A stretch of DNA of 64,000 nt from the NCBI GenBank assembly GCA_000004985.1, contig GG738857.1. One strand, 5' to 3'. The notes under the pieces were generated by a model. That model did not search any database. It had not been told where the DNA came from and saw nothing but the letters and a program-made list of their open reading frames with translations. Origin of the DNA: Naegleria gruberi. Its lineage: Eukaryota. Made by a program: the position numbers and the translations under genes. The number at the start of each line of letters is the position of its first letter. Position 1 is the first letter of the stretch. This document shows, piece after piece, positions 46,001 to 57,500 of this stretch.

Positions 46001-48516
46001 TTATTGTTTGAGTTTTCTATTTTCCTCTTCCAATATTTTAATTCTTTCTAACAGGTTGCTATTTTCCATGGTGTTTTCATCCAAAAGTTTATATAGGTTG
46101 GTGTTTTCCTCTGCGAGTTTGGTATTTTCATCCGAAAGTTTATCAACTTCCTCTGCAAGTTGAGAGTAACTTCTTAATGGTGATATTTTCTTCAATTCTC
46201 CAACTTGTTTTTCAATATTCAAAGTGATATCTTTGATTTCACCTTTCAAGTATTTCAAAATATTCTCAATGGTTAACTTGTGAGAATAACAATTCAATCT
46301 TTTTGATGAATCTCTTTGAATCATGCTAATAATGCTTCTAATCAATATATTATTCACTCCTAAATCTGGATTAATTGATTGATTGATTAGTTTTTCAATT
46401 GCATAATGTAATTTCATTTCTCCCTCTGTTGTTGTCACAACTGTATAGAAATATTTTCCATGTCCACTTAAATATGGATACTTGTCATTATATTTAGAGA
46501 CATCTGGATCATTAACAAATGTTGAACATAGTTGCAGAGGACAATTTGCTAATAATTTCAATAAAATACATCCCAATGAAAATATATCACATGAAATGGT
46601 AATTTGTCCAACATTGTGAGCAAGCTTTTCATCATTATCACTTTTCAATAAATCATCAGAATAATTATCATGTGAAACTTCAGGAGACATGTAGGCAAAC
46701 TTTCCACGAGCAATTGTAATTGAATTACCTGTCTTGATAACTCTTGATGTTTCAAAATCAATTATCTTGTATAAATCTTGAACTTTGACAATATTTTGAG
46801 GATCTAAATCTCTGTGTAAAATATTGTGATCATGAATTGATTGAACTGAGTTCAATACTTTGATAAATATATCAAGAATTTCAATCAACTTTTCCTTAAT
46901 AATGAATCCATTTCTATAAATTCCATCTTGATTATTTCTTGAAATATAATTTGATAATGATTCCTCTCCAAGTTCCATCACTGTATACAAATGATTTTGA
47001 ATAATGTCACAATCAAAACATTTGATCTTTCCTTCAATGTCTGTTCTTTTCAATAAATTAATGGTTTCTTTTGTTGATTCTTCAGATTCCTCTGGGTCAT
47101 ATTTTAATTTTAATGCCCTTAATGATTTACTACTTTTGTGAAATACTTTGAATGCAACACCTTCACCTCCATATCCTAATACTGAAATGAAATCATAATT
47201 ATATTTGAAATAATTATAGAAATAATTGAGAGCTTTGAATACTTTTGATAAATCTCCTCTCAGCTCATTATATTTACAAATTATTTGTTTGTAATTTACA
47301 AATGTTTTCTCATTTTCAAACCACTTGTTGGCAAAATTCATAATTTCATTAATTTCCTGTTTTGAATAAAATGATGTTTCGAAATTTGTTGCAACTTGTT
47401 CCACAATATTCTTCAAATCTTTCATTCTTGTTGATTGACAGGGATTATCTTCAATAAATTTGTCCAATCTGAAACAAAATAAATAATAGTTAGCTCTTTC
47501 TGAAAGAACATTTTCAGTGGATAATTCTGAATGGTTCATTTGTTTCAATATTTGAAAAAAAATCAACTTTTCAACAAATATTGGTGTGTAGATAGGATTA
47601 AAATTGAATATTGTACTTTTTGGTGTTGGATTAAAGAGACTTGTTAATTCAATACCATAATATAAATCCTTTTCATCCATAAATATTTTGGAGTATTGTT
47701 CAATTATATTGCTTGACAGCTTTGTCTGAAGATTAATGGATTCTTCAATGGTTTTGGTTATAGAGGGTGAGAACCTTCTTGCATTTTCCTTGTTCAATTT
47801 AATTAATAAATAAATAAATATACTATCTTTTTTAAATGATTCATCAGCATGCTTAAGTGCCAATCCAGCTTGTTTAACAGATTCCAATATAAATTCTCTA
47901 TCTTTTTTCAATGATGAATCAGCATATTCAAGTGCATATCCATCTTGTTTGACAGACTCCAATACAATTTCTCTATCTTTTTTAAATGATGAATCAGCAA
48001 ATTCAAGTGCCAATCCATCTTGTTTGACAGATTCCAATACAATTTCTCTATCTTTTTTAATATTGAATCAGCAAATTCAAGTGCCAATCCATGTTGTTTA
48101 ACAGATTCCAATATAAATTCTCTATCCTTTTTCAATGATGAATCAGCATATTTGAGTGCTGGTCCATAGCGTATAACAGCTTCCAATATAATTTCTCTAT
48201 CTTTTTCCAATGATGAATCAACATATAAAAGTGTCAATCCATTTTGTTTAATAGCTTCCAACACAATTTCTCTATCTTTTTTAAATGCTGGATCAGCATA
48301 TTGAAGTGCCAACCCATTTTGTTTAACAGCTTCCAATACAATTTCTCTATCTTTTTTCAATGATGAATCAGCATTTTCAAGTGTTGATCCATTTTGTTTA
48401 ACAGCTTTCAACACATATTTCCTATCGGCCTATTGTTGCAATCATGAATCATCACACCAATAAAAATAATTATTTTCTCCACAGCAACAAATACCAACCC
48501 ACTCGTTTTTGTTCAT
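46001..48516 (-). pseudogene. DUF4116-repeat / atypical kinase / coiled-coil family, copy C, with a frameshift near 48058. Exon 1 is complement(48499..48516) and the intron is 48430..48498
   Basis: The micro-exon ATGAACAAAAACGAGTGG (MNKNEW) is followed by a GTTGGT...CAACAATAG intron. ORFs 47908..48414 and 46001..48037 overlap in different frames. A 1-nt loss in tcttttttaatattgaatca (consensus tcttttttaaatgatgaatca) at about 48058 explains the shift. The repeat array is shorter (about 8 units). The C-terminal tail has extra LxEEN(T/S)xL mini-repeats. Confidence 0.65.
47830..48429 (-). repeat. Tandem 75-bp coding repeat array of family copy C (about 8 units)
   Basis: Same unit. Includes the frameshifted unit near 48058. 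Confidence 0.8.
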
Positions 48517-49598
48517 TTTTTTAAAGGTATTCTAGACCATCACATTCCGAATCAACTTGATGATTTTTACACCCAAAAAGAACAGTTTCAACTATTACAG
48601 ATGGGTTTTTTTGTTATTGGACGCCATCACATGATCTGTTAAGATTTGCATCCTCTTCTTGTTGATCCATTATGAATTGCTCCTCATCATCTGATTCCGA
48701 GGATCAGAACCAAGCTCTCTCAATCAAATCATCCACCATTAAATCTTGCTCATCTACTTCTGAATTCAACTTCTTAGTCACTCCTTGTTGTGTTTGATAA
48801 GGAATTTATTGCCTAATTTTTGATATATATTTTCAAATGTATGGAGTGTTCCTTTGTGTTGGTGTTTTCTCTATTTTTTTAGGCTTTGAAATAAGGCGCT
48901 AAGATCCACTCATTGATACTGATGAACCATGATCTCAATGAGGTCGAGGAAGATGGATCGAAGAAGAAGCCTATTGATGAATCATCACATAATTGGCATC
49001 ATGATGAAAATAGCAGTCTGGTTGACAGCTGTGTATGTGTAAATAACATCATTATTACTATTCATCTAGCGTTTACTCAATTCATATTCATTCTTATCAT
49101 GTGATTACATAGCTTATTAACCATTACGAACCGTGTGGTCCCATTCTTGCTCTGAATATAAAATTAAAAACCGATCAAAGTTGGTGGCAAGAATGAAAAA
49201 TTTACAAAATCGATCACAAATAAAATAAAATTCAAGTTTTGGTCACCAAAACGACCAAAACGCAGACCAAACAAGTTATTCAAGTTATTGTTGCTTTGAT
49301 TTTTAAATAATATATTTGATAAAATAAAAAGAATAAAAACGGAGCGCGGGAATAAAATTGTAGATGAAGCTTAACATATTGTAAATTTATTGTAAAGTAA
49401 TCTTTTTATGGTTGCATACTTTAATAACAAGCATCATGAATTGCTAGGCAACTCAAGAGTCACTTTAGGGTTGTAATATTTGGTATTGTTGCTGTGTTAC
49501 TATTATCTTTTTTAGAATGCATCCTTTTTTGTCATTTCCATTTCAGTCTTTGTGAAGAAACCTTTCGAATAGAGAAATTGCAAACAAAGAAACAAAAA

Positions 49599-50726
49599 AT
49601 GGGTGGAAAGCTCTCTTCGAATCACAATCATCATCAACACTCCAACAACACTCCACTTCTGCAACAAACTAAACATTCGAATAACAATGACAATCATCAG
49701 AGAATAGTTTTACTGGGAAATACTTCAAGTGGAAAGTCAACTATTTGTGAAATGATTCAATATCAGAAACAACATCAAGCAGATAAATCATGCAATACTT
49801 ACAACCTATTCTATAAGGTAGATTCGAATACAATTTCAAAAACTATTATTGAACAGATATTGTTTGCATCAAAGGATATATCTATTGAGGCAATTATTCG
49901 AGAATATACAAATGATTGCAATAATTTTGATAATTCTACACTTTTTGCATTGTGGAATGATCAGAAATTTAGAAATATTTATCAGAGCTGTCAAGATTCT
50001 CTCAATTTATTCGAAAATGTTGACATTTTTGTAAGGAAACTTAAGAATCATGAAAGTTTCATTCCAGATATTTACATTAAGGGAAATTCTTCTGGAATTA
50101 CAGAGTATGACATTAATTTTGATGACAAGAAAGTGACATTTGTGACTGCAGGTGGAAAAACAAGTGAAAGAAAAAAGTGGAATTTCTGCTTGCAAGGAAA
50201 TGTTTCCGTTTTGGTTTATGTTGTTTCGTTGGCAGAATTCAATCAATCAGGTTATGGAGATGAGAAGGTGAATAGAATGGACGAAAGTTTGAAACTTTAC
50301 AAGGAATTGATGACTCGTGTTTCGAATAGTGGTAATAATACGAGAGTTGTCTTACTGTTTACCAAACCAGATATAATGATGAGGAAACTGAGGAGTTACA
50401 TTGAATTTGGAAGATTATTCGAAACTGAAACACTTACTGATCTTTCACGAATTGTAAACGATTATCACGAAAGGGATGTTCTCAATACAATTATATCGAG
50501 TTTTTTAACCGAAACAAATAATATTTATGGGAAAATACCAGAATATCACATTATTCAGTCGATATCAGAATTGGACATTTCACAACTCGCCAAACTAATG
50601 TTGAATAATGAGAAAAATAGACATTATATTTCTAATTGCTTGTTTGAGAAAATATCGCTTGTGAGATGTTATCAATTAGTGATGGCTCAACAATTGACCG
50701 ATTTAACAATTAAGTGTCAATTATAA
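49599..50726 (+). CDS. Heterotrimeric G-protein alpha-subunit-like protein, highly divergent
   Basis: MGGKLSS N-terminus with the myristoylation Gly2. G1 is LLGNTSSGKST (compare LLGAGESGKST). VTAGGKTSERKKW sits where DVGGQRSERKKW belongs. LLFTKPD sits where NKxD belongs. The real start is the ATG at 49599; the ORF-track start at 49494 is a TTG. Confidence 0.8.
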   Translation: MGGKLSSNHNHHQHSNNTPLLQQTKHSNNNDNHQRIVLLGNTSSGKSTICEMIQYQKQHQADKSCNTYNLFYKVDSNTISKTIIEQILFASKDISIEAIIREYTNDCNNFDNSTLFALWNDQKFRNIYQSCQDSLNLFENVDIFVRKLKNHESFIPDIYIKGNSSGITEYDINFDDKKVTFVTAGGKTSERKKWNFCLQGNVSVLVYVVSLAEFNQSGYGDEKVNRMDESLKLYKELMTRVSNSGNNTRVVLLFTKPDIMMRKLRSYIEFGRLFETETLTDLSRIVNDYHERDVLNTIISSFLTETNNIYGKIPEYHIIQSISELDISQLAKLMLNNEKNRHYISNCLFEKISLVRCYQLVMAQQLTDLTIKCQL

Positions 50727-50957
50727 AGTTTAAGGATGAAGTTATGGTTTTCTGTAAAATAAAGTGCATCTAAAATGAGTTTTACTGGGTCTGTATAAGT
50801 TCCTTTCCTTTGAAGATCCATTTGGAGTGAGAATTGATTTATTTCTTGTGTATCATGTCAATGACATTTTGCTGCACAATTTTGATACTTATTTTCAATA
50901 TGAAGTCGCAAATTTCATTGCTAATACAAAGTATAATCTATCAACCAGGTTTGGTGT

Positions 50958-53900
50958 TTAATTTTGTTTGAGTTTTCTATTTTCCTCTTCTAATACTTTA
51001 ATTCTTTCTAATAGGTTGGTATTTTCCTCTACAAGTTGAGAGTAGCTCCTTAATGGTGAGATTTTCTTCAATTCTCCAACTTGTTTTTCAATATTGAAAG
51101 TGATATCTTTGATTTCACCTTTCAAAAATTTCAAAATATTCTTAATTGTTAACTTGTGAGAATAACAATTCAATCTTTTTGATGAATCTCTTTGAATCAT
51201 GCTAATAATGCTTCTAATCAATATGTTATTCACTCCTAAATCTGCATTAATCGTTTCATTGATTAGTTTTTCAATTGCATAATGTAATTTCATTTCTCCC
51301 TCTGTTGTTGTCACAACTGTATAGAAATATTTTCCATGTCCACTAAAATATGGATACTTGTCATTATATTTAGAGACATCTGGATCATTAACAAATCTTT
51401 CACACAATTGCAAAGGACAATTGGTTAATAATTTCAACAAAATGCATCCCAATGAAAATATATCACATGAAATGGTAATTTGTCCAACATTGTGAGCAAG
51501 TTTTTCATTGTCATCACTTTTCAATAAATCATCAGAATAATTATCATGTGAAACTTCAGGAGACATGTATGCAAACTTTCCACGAGCAATTGTAATTGAA
51601 TTACCTGTCTTGATAACTCTTGATGTTTCAAAATCAATAATTTTGTAATGATCTTGAACTTTGACAATATTTTGAGGATCTAAATCTCTGTGTAAAATAT
51701 TGTGATCATGAATTGATTGAACAGAGTTCAATACTTTGATAAATATTTCAAGAATTTCAATCAACTTTTCCTTATTAATGAATCCATTTCTATAAATTCC
51801 ATCTTGATTATTTCTTGAAATATAATTTGATAATGATTCCTCTCCAAGTTCCATCACTGAATATAAATGATTTTGAATAATTTCACAATCAAAACATTTG
51901 ATCTTTCCTTCAATGTCTGTTCTGTTCAATAAATTAATGGTTTCTTTTGTTGATTCTTCAGATTCCTCTGGATTATATTTTAATTTTAATGCCCTTAATG
52001 ATTTACTACTTTTGTGAAATACTTTGAATGCAACACCTTCACCTCCATATCCTAATACTGAAATGAAATCATAATTATATTTGAAATAATTATAGAAATA
52101 ATTGAGAGCTTTGAATACTTTTGATAAATCTCCTCTCAGCTCATTATATTTACAAATTATTTGTTTGTAATTATCAAATGTTTTCTCATTTTCAAACCAC
52201 TTGTTGGCAAAAATCATAATTTCATTAATTTCCTGTTTTGTATAAAATGACGTTTCAAAGTTTGTTGCAACTTGTTCCACAATATTCTTCAAATCTTTCA
52301 TTCTTGTTGATTGAGAAGGATTATCTTCAAGAAATTTATCCAATCTGAAACAAAATAAATAATAGTTAGCTTTGGTGCTTTGTAAATCAATTAGAGCAAT
52401 AATATCATTAGACAATTCTGAATGGTTCATTCGTTTCAATATTTGAAAAATAATCAATTTTTCAACAAATATTGGTGTGTAGATAGGATTAAAATTGAAT
52501 ATTGTACTTTTTGGTGTTGGATTAAAGAGACTTGTTAATTCAATAGCATAATATAAATCTTTTTCATCCATAAATATTTTGGAGTATTGTTCAATTATAT
52601 TGCTTGACAGCTTTTTCTGAATATTTAAGCATTCTTCAATGGTTTTGGATATAGAAGGTGAGAACTTTCTTGCATTTTCTTTGTTCAATTTAAATAGCAA
52701 ATAAATAAATTCTCTATCTTTTTTAAATGATGAATCAGCGTATTCAAGTGCTCGTACATTTTGTTTAACAGCTTCCAATACAATTTCTCTATCTTTTTTC
52801 AATAATGAATCAGCATATTTAAGTGCATATCCATCTTGTTTGACAGTTTCCAATATAAATTCTCTATCTTTTTTAAATGATGAATCAGCGTATTCAAGTG
52901 CTCGTACATTTTGTTTAACAGCTTCCAATACAATTTCTCTATCTTTTTTCAATAATGAATCAGCATATTCAAGTGTCAATCCATTTTGTTTAACAGTTTC
53001 CAATATAATTTCTCTATCTTTTTTAAATGATGAATCAGCATATTCAAGTGCCAATCCATTTTGTTTAACAGCTTCCAATATAATTTCTCTATCTTTTTTC
53101 AATAATGAATCAGCATATTCAAGTGCCAATCCATTTTGTTTGACAGCTTCCAATATAAATTCTCTATCTTTTTTAAATGATGAATCAGCATATTGAAGTG
53201 CTCGTACATTTTGTTTAACAGCTTCCAATATAATTTCTCTATCTTTTTTCAATGATGAATCAGCATATTGAAGTGCTCGTCCATTTTGTTTAACAGCTTC
53301 CAATATAAATTCTCTATCTTTTAGAAATGATGAATCAGCATATTTAAGTGCATACCCATCTTGTTTAACAGCTTCCAATATAAATTCTCTATCTTTTTTA
53401 AATGATGAATCAGCATATTTAAGTGCATATTCATTTTGTTTAACAGATTCCAATATAATTTCTCTATCTTTTTTAAATGATGAATCAGCATATTTAAGTG
53501 CCAATCCATTTTGTTTAACAGCTTCCAATATAATTTCTCTATCTTTTTTCAATATTGAATCAGCGTATTCAAGTGCCCACCCATTTTGTTTAACAGCTTC
53601 CAATATAAATTCTCTATCTTTTTTAAATGATGAATCAGCATATTGAAGTGCCAATCCATTTTGTTTAACAGCTTCCAATATAATTTCTCTATCTTTTTTA
53701 AATGATGAATCAGCATATTCAAGTGCCAATCCATGTTGTTTAACAGCTTCCAATACAATTTCTCTATCTTTTTTAAATGATGAATCAGCGTATTCAAGTG
53801 CATATCCATTTTGTTTAACAGCTTCCAATATAATTTCTCTATCTTTTTTCAATAATGAATCAGCGTATTCAAGTGCTGGTCCATAGCGTTTAACAGCTTC

Positions 53901-54533
53901 CAATACAATTTCTCTATCTTTTTTAAATGATGAATCAGCATATTGAAGTGCCCACCCATTTTGTTTAACAGCTTCCAATACAATTTCTCTATCCTTTTTA
54001 AATGATGAATCAGCATCTTCAAGTGCCGATCCATTTTGTTTAACAGCTTCCAATATAATTTCTCTATCTTTTTTAAATGATGAATCAGCAAATTCAAGTG
54101 CCAATCCATTTTGTTTAACAGCTTCCAATATAATTTCTCTATCTTTTTTAAATGATGAATCAGCGTATTGAAGTGCCAATCCATAGTGTTTAACAGCTTC
54201 CAATATAATTTCTCTATCTTTTTTCAATAATGAATCAGCGTATTCAAGTGCTGGTCCATAGCGTTTAACAGCTTCCAATACAATTTCTCTATCTTTTTTA
54301 AATGATGAATCAGCATATTGAAGTGCCCACCCATTTTGTTTAACAGCTTCCAATACAATTTCTCTATCCTTTTTAAATGATGAATCAGCATCTTCAAGTG
54401 CCGATCCATCTTGTTTAACAGCTTCCAACACATATTTCCTATCGGCCTATTGTTGTGATCATGATCATCACATTTTATATAATAATTATTTCACCACACA
54501 GCAACAAATACCAACCCACTCGTTTATGTTCAT
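50958..54533 (-). CDS. DUF4116-repeat / atypical kinase / coiled-coil family, copy D, the only apparently intact member. Exons complement(join(50958..54446,54516..54533))
   Basis: The micro-exon ATGAACATAAACGAGTGG (MNINEW) is followed by a 69-nt GTTGGT...AATAG intron (54447..54515). The exon-2 ORF encodes about 23 25-aa repeats, a linker, a kinase domain with the same atypical motifs as the other copies, and a coiled coil (LLERIKVLEEENRKLKQN). It ends in TAA followed by the 3' flank ttgtttgagttttctattttcc shared with the other copies. Confidence 0.8.
52715..54446 (-). repeat. Tandem 75-bp coding repeat array of family copy D (about 23 units, highly homogenised)
   Basis: Near-identical 75-nt units. 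Both alternative sense frames and one antisense frame are stop-free, which gives spurious ORFs 53321..54433 and 52840..53196. Confidence 0.9.
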
Positions 54534-57500
54534 TTTTTTTAAAGCTGTTCTCGCCCATCACATTCCGAATCAACTATCAAGATTTTTACACCAAGATTCA
54601 AAGAGATAAAACTTTGTGAAAAATGTATTCTCTTGATTTATTTTGAAATATTTATAAATTAGAACTAGTAAGTTAAGGGAAGTCATCAAAATTACACTTG
54701 GAGTAGGATGGTTTGAAAACGTCGAACATGAGGGTTGTTGAGAAAAATTAAAAAAGGAAATAATTAATAATATTAATAAATAATATAATTACAAAATAAA
54801 ATAATTAATAATACTACTAATTCAAAGTCAGGAAATTGATTGTTTGTTCAGGTAGATTTTCGATGAAACGACCGAAATTTTGGTTGTTGCTCCCAATACA
54901 GCACCTAGATGGCTGTGAGATTGGATGAAATTGTAGGTGGAGAACCTACCCTCAACTTTAACCTTTGGGAATTTGGGTAGGAACTCAGTAAGAGGAGAAC
55001 TTTCTGTAATTTCACAATGCACTCAGTTGTATTGTGTTACATGCTGTTCAACATTTACTGCTTTCATCTCGGTAAGCAGCATTCTCTGTCAATCATTAAA
55101 AACATACGATTTTCAAACATCTATTTTAGTAAGATTTCCTAATTGAAAATGCAAAACATACCAACATTAAAGCTAAATTATTGGATAAGGTGAACATTGT
55201 AATAATTCTGTTTAGCCAACAAGAACTTGGAACAATATTGGATCAACATCAGGTACATCACGACTCTGTTGATTCTTGGAGTGATTTCACATCTATTAAC
55301 TCCAAGAATTTCACCACATCATCTCATCATGATTTAAATAATAGCAATAATAGTAATTTTTGGAATTTAATCCTTCATCATGATTTGGAAATAATTTTAT
55401 TATTTGGAAAAATTCAAGTTGGTACATCATCATCGGAACAACTACCAACCATCATCATTGTTATTTATCATCATTATAATAGTAATATTTGTGGAAATAA
55501 ATCTGATAATAGTAATATTTTAGTGAAATTCAATATTTTCACTAAAATCATCATCACAGATTTATATATGATAATTTGGAAAATTTTCAATCTAGTATTG
55601 TTCAGCATGGTCAATTCCATCAGGTAAAATCACTTCCGAACATTTCCCTATTGGTTATCATGTATCTCAACATAATAAACAATATATTTATTATCAGATT
55701 TTCATAGTTTTGTGTTTTTACCAACTTCGGGGTATTCATGGTCACCAATCATGATTCATGCCAAAAGAACATAGCCAATCATCTTGAAACATTAATAAAC
55801 TTTTATTAGTACTATTGTAGATGTACTATATCAATTATTTCGTCTTGTTTCGTTGAAATCATGATTTTTCTGTTTTTAATTTCACATCACATACACCATA
55901 TTTGTTGATGTAAATTAGAAATGTAAATAATCCATTCTTGATTCTCTAATCGTGTTTTATTGTGTTTTGGTGTATTTAGGATTTTGAAATTATTCTGAAG
56001 TTATTCTTCATATAAATATGATTCTTCACTTCATGATATGAGGAGGGATTGATATCATGATTGTTTGGAAGTGTTGTACAAATTTTGGACACAACCTGAA
56101 TTGAAATCAGGAAGAAAGAGTCAAATCTTTATCACCATATAAAATAAGATCAATGGTTGTTTCCTCAAACATTGTGCTTCTTTGAAGAATTGAAATATCG
56201 CCATCAATTCTTTCACGTTGATTGATGAATCTATTTCGAACTTGCCTACGACGATAGTTTTTGAGGAGTGGATTGCAAATCCTTCCAGAGAGGCATCTGA
56301 ATTGATTATTATTGACTCTGGAGCGTCGAGCTCTAACCAAGAGCCTTCGGATTATTGGATAATTTTTCGTTATACCCTCAGATCTTTGGCAGGGCCTCGA
56401 TTCACTAGTATAGTTGAATTCCATCCTTTTGAATCTTGTAAACAAGAAAGGAAGTTCACAAAGGAAACAACACACTGTATCATCTCCATCTCATCCTAAA
56501 TAAAGAGTGGACACACCACTTCCTCCCAAAAACTGTTGCGCTCATTAATCTTTGGTAAGGGATTAATTTCTGAGTGAGGTTTTTCATCAATGTTTTTTTC
56601 TTATCCATGTTTTGAAGATCCAACTATTGATAACTTTTTTTTTACATCCTTCAAAGCAGGTTCCAGGCTGTTTCACCATTAAGGTGGTTCAGCCCCCGAG
56701 CTTTAATACCCAATTGTCTAAATATTATATGAACTGTATTTTGTGCGTTTACTATCGAAACATGCCATCGTTTATCTTTCCAAGATAAACCTGTATTCGT
56801 CTTTGGGACAACGTTGATAGGATTTAAAGAATAGGTTATAATTTGGTTTTGTAACATAGAGTCTATCTCTCTCCTTATCCATGTTTTCTCTTTCTGAGAG
56901 AACTTCTGTAGCCGTAAAGATGTTTCCTCTGTCTTTCCAGGAAAGAGTATCGCTGAAAAATGTTGATTCATCCTTATTTGAGTTGTTTTATTACCATAAT
57001 GGCAAAGGTTACTGTATGTGAAGAATCCACCTTAATTTGTAATTTTTTGTTCTGAAGCAGCAAACCAATGACGGAAAATAATATTAGGAAAAGACATCAT
57101 GTTTACTATTTTATTTGATGAAATCAAGTGGAGAATACATAAAACAGATGTTGCTACAAGAAAACACAATGTTAATAATAAAAATATAATTAATTATTGA
57201 AATAATTCAAGGAACTGGCTTTCCATCATGCATAATCTTTACGTAATTGCTCAGCAAAGAGCTTGGAAATTGTTTCACCAATCTTTCCCTTTTCTTGATT
57301 GATATATCTCAACAATAATTCAAGGTGGAAAATCAGCAAGATTTCCAACCTTGAAATTTACCTTGTTGGAAAATTTACCATTAGTGAATTTTATTTATGG
57401 TGCAATGATGATGACCATTAAGATATTTTCCTTAATGATCGGAAGTGAACTTGTTGATGATATTGATGATAAAAGATATGATGAAGCGAAAATTCCACAA

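Noticed and set aside
50007-50246. Minus-strand 79-aa ORF (and its counterpart 60341..60667) overlapping the G-alpha genes.
   Set aside because: It is antisense to a well-supported G-alpha coding region. The same ORF appears in the G-alpha pseudogene copy simply because the sequence was duplicated.
52840-53196. Plus-strand 118-aa ORF (SNINSLSFLNDESAYSSA...) antisense to copy D.
   Set aside because: It is an antisense frame of the homogenised repeat array and is stop-free only because of the periodicity. It has no start context or conservation of its own.
53321-54433. Four minus-strand ORFs of 62-111 aa (MDWHLNMLIHHLKKIEKLYWKLLNKM...) tiling the copy D repeat array. Similar ORFs occur at 63165..63974, 47908.. 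and 15484..15669.
   Set aside because: They are alternative reading frames of the same 75-bp coding repeats. The periodic sequence has no stops in a second sense frame. Their periodic 25-aa pattern mirrors the real frame, and they overlap the long family ORFs completely.
52715-54446. Regular 75-bp direct repeats that look like a CRISPR array.
   Set aside because: The units are contiguous and coding, and there are no unique spacers. They lie inside a eukaryotic gene with introns, and the window has no cas genes. They are protein tandem repeats.
56218-56499. Calling a full LTR retrotransposon from the DSGAS motif.
   Set aside because: I found no LTRs, integrase or clear RT/RNase H. A 5-residue motif is expected by chance roughly once in this much six-frame translation, so it is kept only as a low-interest observation.
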